Assembly: GCF_000018305.1 (NCBI RefSeq)
Contig: NC_009954.1
Span: 870,001-902,000 of the forward strand
DNA from: Caldivirga maquilingensis IC-167
GTDB lineage: Archaea; Thermoproteota; Thermoprotei; Thermoproteales; Thermocladiaceae
Length of the DNA: 32,000 bases
Direction: 5' to 3'
Shown: positions 8,998 to 17,148 of the stretch, piece by piece
Numbering within the stretch: position 1 is the first letter of the stretch
Layout of the letters: each line of letters starts with the position of its first letter
Notes under the pieces: model-generated
What the model was told of the DNA's origin: nothing
Databases searched by the model: none
Seen by the model: only the letters and a program-made list of their open reading frames with translations
Made by a program: the position numbers and the translations under genes

Positions 8998-9978
8998 ATG
9001 AGTAAGTTGAGGGTTGTGCTTGTTTCAGATCTCCATGGTTCAGGTATCGTATACGGTAAAATAGCTAATTTACCTAAATTACTTAAAACTGATCTAGTTG
9101 TTGTAGCAGGGGACTTAACAGGTAAAATCCTTGTGCCAATAGTTAGAAAGGGGGGAGAATATGTAACTAATTTGTTTGGGGAGGTTAAAGTAATTAATAG
9201 TGATGAGCAGGTCAAGACCATTTCAAAGACCTTAAGAGATAACGGATATTACCCGTATGTTACCGATGAGGAAGAGTACAATAATATCGCCAATGATAAA
9301 GATTACTTTAAGAAGGTTCTTCTTAAGGTCATGGAAGAATACTTTAGAGTCGATATAAGTAAGATAGAGAATAATTATCGTAAACTTGGAGTAAAGCTAG
9401 TGTATTTGGCAGGCAATGATGACCCTAAGGAATTCGTCAATAAAATATATGAGGAATATGACAATGATGTTTTAATACCAATAGATGAAAAAACCATGAA
9501 TATTAATGATTATATGTTCTTAGGTTTTGGATATTCTAATGAAACACCATGGCATACTGCTAGGGAACTTCCTGAAAGGGAGATTGAAGAGAGACTTATT
9601 AAATTATTTAGTGGCTTAAACAGAAATGAATTAGATAGAACAATTGCGATAATTCATGTACCACCATACGGTACAACTATTGATCAAGCACCAAAGTTAA
9701 CCAATGATCTTAAACCAGTAGTTGAGGGTGGTGTGGTTGCAATGGAGCATGTTGGTAGTACTGCTGTGAGAAGGATTCTGGAGAACTTCGGCCCATTAAT
9801 TGGGCTTCACGGACATGTACATGAATCATACGGTATAGATTTCCTAAATGCTAAATGCTGCAATAAGAAGATACCTGTCGTTAACGCTGGTAGCGAATAC
9901 CAGGGAGGTATGTTAAGGTTTGCCTATCTGATGCTTGAGGATCTTAAGCTTAAGGATAAGATTATTGCAAGAGCCTAA
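8998..9978 (+). CDS. Calcineurin-like metallophosphoesterase
   Basis: 326 aa with the ordered metal-ligand motifs VSDLHGS, VVAGDLTGK, LAGNDDP, IIHVPPYG and GLHGHVHES. Confidence 0.75.
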   Translation: MSKLRVVLVSDLHGSGIVYGKIANLPKLLKTDLVVVAGDLTGKILVPIVRKGGEYVTNLFGEVKVINSDEQVKTISKTLRDNGYYPYVTDEEEYNNIANDKDYFKKVLLKVMEEYFRVDISKIENNYRKLGVKLVYLAGNDDPKEFVNKIYEEYDNDVLIPIDEKTMNINDYMFLGFGYSNETPWHTARELPEREIEERLIKLFSGLNRNELDRTIAIIHVPPYGTTIDQAPKLTNDLKPVVEGGVVAMEHVGSTAVRRILENFGPLIGLHGHVHESYGIDFLNAKCCNKKIPVVNAGSEYQGGMLRFAYLMLEDLKLKDKIIARA

Positions 9979-10109
9979 TGTGAGACATAGCTTATTTAGC
10001 CCCTTTGTTTAGGCACCATGTCTGGCATCACTAGAGCAAGCTCAATCGCGCTAATTACCATGCTTATGAGTATCATTATCACTGCTGCTGTAATACTCAT
10101 TGATGATAA

Positions 10110-10688
10110 CTATGAAATAATCGAGCTTAAGGCCTCATCTATGTCGTTTGGGTTGTTGATGCTTATGCCGTAGGTTTCACTTAGCTTGTTAATGGATTGT
10201 GGGTTAATGTCGGGTAGTAGTGGGTCTAGTCTGAGGGCTCCCGTGAATAATGATTCATCGTACTCGGGTAGTGGTTCAAGTGGATTCAGTGTTAATACTG
10301 ATTTCCTAACCCTTGATGAATCCCTAATAACCTTAACAGCCCTATCCTCATCACCCTTAACTGACTCAATGGCCTTAACAACATCATTAACATTACCCTC
10401 ATTAATCCCACTAACCCTCAACCCATATAAATCATTCAGTATCCTCATTAAACCCCAATGCGTAGCAGTATTCCTAATACGCCTAAAGTAAGGTATTATT
10501 GGCTTCAATTCATCAAAACCCTTAACCTCACCAAACCCCAATGGAGCACCAGCTGAACGCAACTCAGTGACAATGTAGTGGTAAAGCAATACATCCTGGA
10601 AACCACTGGGTGACAGTGACCTTGGGTTTAAGTGATTATGAACATCCGCAACCGGAGACTCCTCAACAACATCCTGAACACTAACCAT
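10110..10688 (-). CDS. Uronate-isomerase-like amidohydrolase, N-terminal fragment only (probable gene remnant)
   Basis: 192 aa. ADVHNHLNP...LLYHYIVTELRSAG...NTATHWGLMRIL...SVLTLNPLEP...ALRLDPLL runs parallel to the N-terminal roughly 40 percent of UxaC (DYHCHL...GDHYKWRAMRTNG...NPLYHWTHLEL...MVGTTDDP...PSWRPD). The ORF then stops, with only about 130 bp before the next gene. Confidence 0.5.
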   Translation of the reverse strand: MVSVQDVVEESPVADVHNHLNPRSLSPSGFQDVLLYHYIVTELRSAGAPLGFGEVKGFDELKPIIPYFRRIRNTATHWGLMRILNDLYGLRVSGINEGNVNDVVKAIESVKGDEDRAVKVIRDSSRVRKSVLTLNPLEPLPEYDESLFTGALRLDPLLPDINPQSINKLSETYGISINNPNDIDEALSSIIS

Positions 10689-11095
10689 AAAAACACCCCA
10701 AACACAGCATTAATAAAAAACCACTCTAACCTATCCGATAATAATTATTAGCGCATAAGCACATAAAACTGTTAATTAAACCAGTGCTCGATTAAACTTA
10801 AGAGCTGAATACTAAACATAATCAACGTTTAATATTAATTTCCTTGGCAGTATCCTTGAGGAAATTCCAAAGGGATTAGAAAGTGAATTAAGAATATTTA
10901 GAGGAGTTTAGAGAGAGGTAGTAGGTGGGTTGTTCCACATTATAATTGTTCCCAGTTTATTCATTGATTGCCTTAGGTAGGATTGCTTCCAGTACTTATT
11001 TCAATGATTTAACTGTACTTAACTTAGTTTACCTTGATATTAATGTTGATTCATATTATTATATATAGGATTAGTCCTAGTCTATTTATAGTAAT

Positions 11096-11105
11096 ACTTT
11101 TAAAG
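11096..11105 (+). promoter_or_regulatory. Putative TATA box of the DegT/PIG-L operon
   Basis: 'cttttaaagg' is centred about 27 nt upstream of the ATG at 11127. Confidence 0.35.
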
Positions 11106-11126
11106 GTAAGAAGTTAGAAAGACAGT

Positions 11127-12428
11127 ATGCCTAAATTAGCCATTAATGGTGGAGTCCCCGTTGCCGTTGAGTTAAATAAATTCATTTCTCAATGGCCGAT
11201 CTTTGATGAGGATGATATTAATGCTGTTGTAGAGACTATTAAGAGTAGGCGTTGGTGTAGACTTTACCCAGGTTCCAAGGCTGAACAGTTTGAGGAGGCC
11301 TTTGCTAGGTATCATGATGCTAAATACGGTATTGCAGTGGCTAATGGCACTGTTGCCCTTGAGTTAGCGTTGAAGACCATAGGTGTAACCTATGGTGATG
11401 AGGTTATTGTACCAGCGTACACGTTCATAGCCACAGCCTCAGCGGTATCTGAGGTTGGTGGTGTGCCAGTATTCGCTGATGTTGATCCGGAAACTGGTAA
11501 TATTGATCCAAGTGATGTTGAGAATAAGATAACTGAACGTACTAAGGCTATTATAGCCGTACACTTCGGTGGTTATCCAGCGGACTTAGATGAATTAACC
11601 AGGATTGCTAAGAAACATGGATTATTTTTAATCGAAGATGCCGCTCATGCACATGGTAGTGAGTGGAGGGGACGTAAGGTTGGGGCTATTGGGAACATGG
11701 GTGGTTTTTCATTCCAGGAGAGTAAATCCTTAACCGCCGGTGAGGGTGGTATAGTGTTAACTAATGATGATAAGCTTGCGGAGAGGGCCAAATTAATACA
11801 CAATATTGGTAGGGTTCCAGGCCAACCAGGCTACATACACTACATATTAAGCTCAAACTACAGGTTGAGTGAAATTCAGGCTGCATTACTCCTATCCAGG
11901 TTAAATAAGCTACCCAGGGAGGTTGAGATTAAGCATAGTAACGGTAAGTATCTTAGTGACCAATTAAGGAGGATTGGTGTGGTTAAGCCCACTAGGGATG
12001 ATGAAAGGGTCACTAAAAGGGGCTATTACTACTATGTAATGCTTTACAATGAGGAGGAGCTTCATGGAATACCAAAGGATCTATTCATAGAGGCATTACG
12101 GGCTGAGGGTGTACCAGTGGGTGTATCCTATGGTCCACCACTCTATAGGCAACCAGCCTTCAGGAGAGAGAATATTAAGAATGTATTCCCACCAAATGCA
12201 AGGATACCTGACTACGAAAACCTATACCTAAAAGGTGCTGAGGAGTTTGCAAAAAGGGAACTTGTACTATCTCACTATGTCTTACTGGCGCCAAGAGAGG
12301 GGCTAGACCTTATAGTAGCTGCCATTGAGAAGATTAGAGATAATGTTGATGAATTACTGCAAGTATTGCCAAAGTGGAAGGAGAAGCGTACTGATACATG
12401 GATTGATACACTTTATAAGAGGGATTAA
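11127..12428 (+). CDS. DegT/DnrJ/EryC1/StrS-family PLP-dependent sugar aminotransferase
   Basis: 433 aa. Motifs: AVANGTVALELALK, GDEVIVPAYTFIATA, IEDAAHAHGS, and the PLP-lysine motif FSFQESKSLTAGEGG. Confidence 0.85.
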   Translation: MPKLAINGGVPVAVELNKFISQWPIFDEDDINAVVETIKSRRWCRLYPGSKAEQFEEAFARYHDAKYGIAVANGTVALELALKTIGVTYGDEVIVPAYTFIATASAVSEVGGVPVFADVDPETGNIDPSDVENKITERTKAIIAVHFGGYPADLDELTRIAKKHGLFLIEDAAHAHGSEWRGRKVGAIGNMGGFSFQESKSLTAGEGGIVLTNDDKLAERAKLIHNIGRVPGQPGYIHYILSSNYRLSEIQAALLLSRLNKLPREVEIKHSNGKYLSDQLRRIGVVKPTRDDERVTKRGYYYYVMLYNEEELHGIPKDLFIEALRAEGVPVGVSYGPPLYRQPAFRRENIKNVFPPNARIPDYENLYLKGAEEFAKRELVLSHYVLLAPREGLDLIVAAIEKIRDNVDELLQVLPKWKEKRTDTWIDTLYKRD

Positions 12429-12431
12429 TTT

Positions 12432-13196
12432 ATGGATTTAAGTAAGCTAAGTAAGTATGTTGAATCTATTACTATTGATGAAAAGAAGGTTGATTTACTT
12501 AAAAGAGCCGGTAGAGTAATTGCGGTATCACCTCACCCTGATGATATTGAGATAGTAGCTGGTGGTTACTTAGCATTATTAGCATTAAGGAATGCATCCA
12601 TAAAAGTAATCGTGGTTAGTGATGATAGGATGAGTATACCATTGAATGAGTTAACTGATTATGACGTGATTAAGATTAGAATGGAGGAGGAGATTAATGC
12701 CATGAGAGCCTTAGGTATTAGCAACGTGGATTATTTGAATTACATAGACTCAGAGGTTCCTGAACCAAGCATATTAAGGAGAGATTTAATAAGAGTGTTC
12801 AGATCCTATGGGCCGGATTTAGTCATTACAGTTGACCCATACCTCCCCTATGAAGCCCACCCAGACCATGTGAATACTGGAATGGCCGTATTACAGGCTG
12901 TATTATTTCACGAGGTAAGTAGGGTTATGAAGGAGTATTCACCAAAAACACCTCCACCAGCAGTGGCATTAGGTGCTTCACATAGGCCTAATGCCTTAAT
13001 ATGCATTGATGATTATGTTGATAGGAAAATGAATGCATTGAGGGCGCATAAGTCGCAGTTCAATGAGGAGTTGCTTAGGGGCATTGAATTAATTCACATG
13101 AAGCTGGGTGGTGCGGCTGGATGTAAGTATGCTGAGGCGTTTAAAGTTTTGACACCGGGTGAGTTGCATATGAATCCTTTAGCCGAATACTCTTGA
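12432..13196 (+). CDS. PIG-L/LmbE-family N-acetyl-sugar deacetylase (intact paralog)
   Basis: 254 aa. Motifs: AVSPHPDDIEIVAGG, PYEAHPDHVNTG, AHKSQF. It starts 3 nt after the DegT stop, so the two genes are probably co-transcribed. Confidence 0.85.
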   Translation: MDLSKLSKYVESITIDEKKVDLLKRAGRVIAVSPHPDDIEIVAGGYLALLALRNASIKVIVVSDDRMSIPLNELTDYDVIKIRMEEEINAMRALGISNVDYLNYIDSEVPEPSILRRDLIRVFRSYGPDLVITVDPYLPYEAHPDHVNTGMAVLQAVLFHEVSRVMKEYSPKTPPPAVALGASHRPNALICIDDYVDRKMNALRAHKSQFNEELLRGIELIHMKLGGAAGCKYAEAFKVLTPGELHMNPLAEYS

Positions 13197-13250
13197 TGAA
13201 TCCTTCTTAAACCATTAATGATTCCCTTCTTATTCTCCAGGTAACGTAAT

Positions 13251-13260
13251 CTTTAAACAC
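13251..13260 (+). promoter_or_regulatory. Putative TATA box of the SDR gene
   Basis: 'ctttaaacac' is centred about 25 nt upstream of the ATG at 13280. Confidence 0.3.
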
Positions 13261-13279
13261 CTAACTTGCCTCTGCCCCC

Positions 13280-14071
13280 ATGGATCTTGGCTTAAGGGGG
13301 AAGGTCGCCATCGTCACCGCCTCCAGTAGGGGTATTGGTAAGGGTGTTGCTAGGGTTATGCTTCAGGAGGGGGCTAGGGTTATGTTATTCGCCAGGAGTA
13401 TTGATGAGCTTAAGAATACGGCTCTTGAGCTTAGTAGGGAGACTGGGGGTGATGTGGCTTATGTTCAAGGTGACTTAACTAATAGGGATGATGTAATGAG
13501 GCTTATTGAGGAAACCAGGAGAGTAATGGGTCCCATAGATGTGCTAGTTTACAACACAGGCCCACCTAAGCCTGGTTTATTCAGTGAATTAACCTTCGAT
13601 GATTGGGATTACGCGGTTAAACTCCTCCTACTCTCAGCGGTTTGGTTAACTAAGGGTGTTGTTAATGATATGGTTAAGAGGGGTTGGGGTAGGTTAATCT
13701 ACGTCACATCCCTAACCCTCAGACAGCCTATAAGCAACCTAGTACTCTCAAACACTGTGAGGCTTTCCTTAGCCGGCTTAGTTAAGTCACTGGCCAATGA
13801 GTATGGGCCTAAGGGGATTACCGCAAACGGTGTTATGCAGGGTTACGTTATGACTGATAGAGTTAGGAAACTAGCTGAGGACGAGGCTAAGAGGAGTGGT
13901 GTATCCATTGAGGAGGTTTTAAGAAGTATGGCTAAGGATATACCGGTGGGTAGGTATGGTAACCCTGAGGAAATCGGTTACCTGGTTGCCTTCCTGGCCA
14001 GTGATAAGGCATCATACATAAATGGCTCAATGATACTTATAGATGGGGGCTTCGTTAAGTGCGTCCCCTAG
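13280..14071 (+). CDS. Short-chain dehydrogenase/reductase-like protein with a non-canonical active site
   Basis: 263 aa. It has the Rossmann motif VTASSRGIGKG, NTG, and the SDR C-terminal pattern GITANGVMQGYVMTD. The position expected for YxxxK reads SNTVR (13748-13762). Confidence 0.75.
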   Translation: MDLGLRGKVAIVTASSRGIGKGVARVMLQEGARVMLFARSIDELKNTALELSRETGGDVAYVQGDLTNRDDVMRLIEETRRVMGPIDVLVYNTGPPKPGLFSELTFDDWDYAVKLLLLSAVWLTKGVVNDMVKRGWGRLIYVTSLTLRQPISNLVLSNTVRLSLAGLVKSLANEYGPKGITANGVMQGYVMTDRVRKLAEDEAKRSGVSIEEVLRSMAKDIPVGRYGNPEEIGYLVAFLASDKASYINGSMILIDGGFVKCVP

Positions 14072-15260
14072 CCTTAATTAAACTAAGCAGTATCCTGGCT
14101 CCAATCCTCAGCATCGGATTCACTGAGGCAAGCATGGCCTCCTTAATAACCCACTTAACCGTTTCCCTAGGCATGATTCTAGTTAATTTAGCTAAGGCAT
14201 CCTCATCGTAAAGCATTGGGTCAGCCAACTCCCTAAGCCTCTTAACGTCACTGAGAAATGAACCAAGCACCCTCCTCATTTCAGTACCGTAGCTTAATCC
14301 CTCTTTAAGCACCTTAGCTAATATTAATCCACTAACCATTGCGGTATTAATACCCGCCCCATTAGTTGACACAACAGTACCGGCAGCGTCACCGAGTAGA
14401 TACACCCCATTACCCTCAATAGAGGCTCCAAGCTCACCCACTGGAATTGTCTTAAGGAGTATTGACCTTTGGGTTGGTTTAAGGTTCAGGGACTTGAGGA
14501 ATTCACTATGCAAGTTAACTGGGTTAATACCCTTAACCCAAGCGTCATAACCCCTAATCCCTAACCCCACGTTACTTGAACCATCACCCCTCGGGAACAC
14601 CCAGGCATAACCCCCTGGTGCTAGGATTGGGTCCATTATTACAACAGCCTCGTCAAGGCTTCCACCCCACCCCATGGCCCTTTGACTAGTGGCCACTGCA
14701 GTGTCCATTGGATTGAAGGGTGGGTTATTGGCTAGTTCCCTCACTACTGATGGGTAACCATCGGCGCCAGCAAGTAGGTGCGTCTCCACGTAGTGTTCAC
14801 CATCATTGTCCATTACCCTGCATTTGAAGCCATCCCCATGTTTAATGCATCCTGTTACCGTTGATGAGAAGTTAACCCTAACACCCTTATTAGCTGCATC
14901 ATTAATGATTCTACTTATCATTAATCCCTTATTAACTATGTATGCTGGGAAATTAATGCTACCAAGATCTATAATAGTACCCTTAACCCTAATTAAGACT
15001 CTAAGGGTCTTAATGTGGTTAACAATAATACTCCTCCTAATTGATTTATAAAGCGTGTACTCAATCATGCTCATTAATTCACTGGGTAAGTAATCCACCA
15101 GTAATTCGGCCTTAGGCATCATTTCACCACACACCACTGGGCCGTAGTTAATCTTCTTCTTGTCTAATAAAGTAACATCACCCAGGTTAACCTCACTTGC
15201 TAGGAATGAACCAGCCGGTCCACCCCCAATTATTAATAATTCAGTGTTAATTGAAACCAC
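14055..15260 (-). CDS. Geranylgeranyl-reductase-family FAD-dependent oxidoreductase
   Basis: 401 aa. It has the N-terminal dinucleotide fold LLIIGGGPAGSFLA and a second FAD motif YLLGDAAGTVVSTNGAGINTA. The only available start is a GTG at 15258-15260, which lies inside the last codons of tnpB. Confidence 0.7.
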   Translation of the reverse strand: MVSINTELLIIGGGPAGSFLASEVNLGDVTLLDKKKINYGPVVCGEMMPKAELLVDYLPSELMSMIEYTLYKSIRRSIIVNHIKTLRVLIRVKGTIIDLGSINFPAYIVNKGLMISRIINDAANKGVRVNFSSTVTGCIKHGDGFKCRVMDNDGEHYVETHLLAGADGYPSVVRELANNPPFNPMDTAVATSQRAMGWGGSLDEAVVIMDPILAPGGYAWVFPRGDGSSNVGLGIRGYDAWVKGINPVNLHSEFLKSLNLKPTQRSILLKTIPVGELGASIEGNGVYLLGDAAGTVVSTNGAGINTAMVSGLILAKVLKEGLSYGTEMRRVLGSFLSDVKRLRELADPMLYDEDALAKLTRIMPRETVKWVIKEAMLASVNPMLRIGARILLSLIKARGRT

Positions 15261-15450
15261 CGTTTCTCCCTACAGTTTCGTTCGGTGGTAGGGAGTTCCG
15301 CCTCGCCCATAACCCTTTTGGTAGGGTTATGGGGTCATGGGTGGCTGTCGAGCCCAACGGCACTGGGCTCCCATCTATGTGGGGGAGTCCGCCGGGGCTT
15401 GGAGCACTGCTCCCATCGCCCTGGCGGGCCCTTATGAGGAGGTTCCAGGT
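15225..15450 (-). ncRNA. Candidate TnpB-associated omega/reRNA scaffold at the IS right end
   Basis: A GC-rich stretch overlaps the tnpB 3' end and contains three strong hairpins. These are ctccctac/gtagggag (15266-15273 / 15288-15295), an 11-bp stem cccataaccct/agggttatggg (15306-15316 / 15323-15333), and gagccca/tgggctc (15350-15356 / 15364-15370). The boundaries are guesses. Confidence 0.35.
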
Positions 15451-16551
15451 GGCGGTAACGTCGCGGTGCCATAATTCACCCCCACTGCTACACTCCCCAA
15501 TTCTTGAGTCATTATAGGTTATTGGGGCTTTGTGCACTGGGCACATTTTTGATGTGTTACTTGGGTTTACGTAGACCACGGGTACACCGTACTCCCTCGC
15601 CTTCTCCTCAATCACCCTTTGGATTCCTCTAAATGCTGCCTGGTATATCCTGTGCCTCAATTGCTTATCCTTAATCCTGGAGATCATACTACCAGCTGGT
15701 TTCCTACCAAGCCTCTCAAGAACAATACCGTACCGCCTCTCCCCGGCGGCTTTAACTATGAGGTGGGCTATCTTCCACCTAATATCATCCTTCTTCCTCC
15801 TTTCCTTGAGCTTCCTCAAAACCCTCCTCTTAACTCTAGACTCGACACCATACACCTTATCATACTTCTCCTGCACACTCCTCCTGCGGTAGTAATAACC
15901 TAGTGTGAGCTTCTCGATATTCGTCTCCAGGAGGTATGCTGCGCCATCAATAAGTACGGTGACGTTATTCTCATTGACATCAACAGGTATGAAGTCCTTT
16001 GGTTTATATTCCTCAACCTCCTTGGTGAATGTAAAATAGATTATCAACCACCTATTCCTCCTATCCAGCCTCACCCTAGCCTCGCTTGCTAGCCTCCACC
16101 CACCGTTAATGTACCTCCAGTATTGCCTATGCGGCTCAATCCCCACCCTAACCCACCCCTCGTGAGTCGCCACCTCTATTGAGGTATAGCCATTGGGCCT
16201 CCATAGGTGGTCATCAAGCCATATGGAGACTGATTTAACCTCTGGGTAATTCTTCCCGGCAAGCCCCAGCTTCCTTAGTCTCATGAAGCTTTTAGCCCTA
16301 GCGCTAGCATCCTGGCATGCTGTATATACGTAGTGTGAGGGTAATTGTGGGTGGAGATTCCTCATTTCATGGTATTTAAGCGCCCTTAACCTAGTGAAGC
16401 TTCTAATGTTATTCGCCACTGCGTACATGGTTAACTGCTCTACAATACTACGGTACACATCCTCAAGCTCAATAAACACCCTAAACACACCCCTAGGTAA
16501 CCTAACACTCCTAACAATAACAGTCCTTGCCACCCTAACCATTTTCCTCAA
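15247..16551 (-). CDS. tnpB: TnpB (OrfB) RuvC-like RNA-guided-nuclease-family protein
   Basis: 434 aa. RuvC-I FIPVDVNENN (D191), RuvC-II YGIVLERLG (E279), RuvC-III WHRDVTATWNL (D364). The zinc-finger region is degenerate (MCPVH...ECSSGG). The C-terminal roughly 60 aa are low-complexity Gly/Pro/Ser, typical of translation across a structured RNA region. Confidence 0.85.
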   Translation of the reverse strand: MRKMVRVARTVIVRSVRLPRGVFRVFIELEDVYRSIVEQLTMYAVANNIRSFTRLRALKYHEMRNLHPQLPSHYVYTACQDASARAKSFMRLRKLGLAGKNYPEVKSVSIWLDDHLWRPNGYTSIEVATHEGWVRVGIEPHRQYWRYINGGWRLASEARVRLDRRNRWLIIYFTFTKEVEEYKPKDFIPVDVNENNVTVLIDGAAYLLETNIEKLTLGYYYRRRSVQEKYDKVYGVESRVKRRVLRKLKERRKKDDIRWKIAHLIVKAAGERRYGIVLERLGRKPAGSMISRIKDKQLRHRIYQAAFRGIQRVIEEKAREYGVPVVYVNPSNTSKMCPVHKAPITYNDSRIGECSSGGELWHRDVTATWNLLIRARQGDGSSAPSPGGLPHIDGSPVPLGSTATHDPITLPKGLWARRNSLPPNETVGRNGGFN

Positions 16552-17125
16552 CCTCCTCTAGGACTTTCCTGAAGCCCCCAATAAGCTTCTTTCTTCTACG
16601 GCTTCTCATACCGTAGAGTTTGCCGGTGAATTTAGGTTCTTCGCCATAGGCAACCTCTATCCCAACACCGTACTGCTTGAAGAAGTATCCTAGGTATTCA
16701 AACCCAAATCCAGTGAGTCTGTCCTTATAGGTTACGACTACAACATCTACTTGCCCATTAACAACGTAGTTGAAGAGCTTCAATAAATCTCTACGATTGG
16801 TCCTGAGACCACTGGCTACATCTCTTAGAACATCCACAATCTCATACCCTTTAGCAGAACAGTACTGGGTGAGGTACTGAATCTGTCTCTCTAGATCGTT
16901 CCTCTGGTCTGAAGAGCTAACGCGAGCATAGATAATGGCTTTAACCTCCTTTGCCTCTACCTCTCCACTAATGATTTTCTCTATTTCACTCTCAGGTATC
17001 ATCCATCTACCACTAGGAGTTCTAACAGCCCTTATCCTACTAGAATAAATCCACCTCTTCAAAGTAACATAATGAATACCCAGCCGTCTGCATACCTCCC
17101 CTGGAGGTAACAGCTTCTCATCCAT
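16535..17125 (-). CDS. tnpA: IS607-type TnpA, MerR-like HTH plus serine recombinase (resolvase) domain
   Basis: The track ORF starts at TTG 17134, but the ATG at 17125 (MDEKLLPPGEVCRRLGIHYVTLKRW) is more plausible. The catalytic serine motif is AIIYARVSSSDQRNDLERQ, followed by the resolvase core VVVTYKDRLTGFGFEY. Confidence 0.85.
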   Translation of the reverse strand: MDEKLLPPGEVCRRLGIHYVTLKRWIYSSRIRAVRTPSGRWMIPESEIEKIISGEVEAKEVKAIIYARVSSSDQRNDLERQIQYLTQYCSAKGYEIVDVLRDVASGLRTNRRDLLKLFNYVVNGQVDVVVVTYKDRLTGFGFEYLGYFFKQYGVGIEVAYGEEPKFTGKLYGMRSRRRKKLIGGFRKVLEEVEENG

Positions 17126-17148
17126 ATACTTCAATCTACTATAAAATA

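Larger units (their letters stand above)
15247..17148 (-). mobile_element. IS607-family insertion sequence (tnpA serine recombinase plus tnpB); exact ends not determinable
   Basis: A MerR-HTH/serine-recombinase ORF and a TnpB ORF overlap by 17 nt. They fill the whole gap between the AGOG stop (17149) and the GGR start (15260). The segment is visibly more GC-rich than its flanks. I saw no terminal inverted repeats, which is expected for IS607. Confidence 0.8.

Noticed and set aside
15251-15903. Plus-strand ORFs 15251..15517 (88 aa) and 15619..15903 (94 aa)
   Set aside because: Both are antisense to tnpB, Pro/Leu-rich and low-complexity, and likely a by-product of the GC-rich structured region. 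TnpB motifs clearly define the minus-strand frame.
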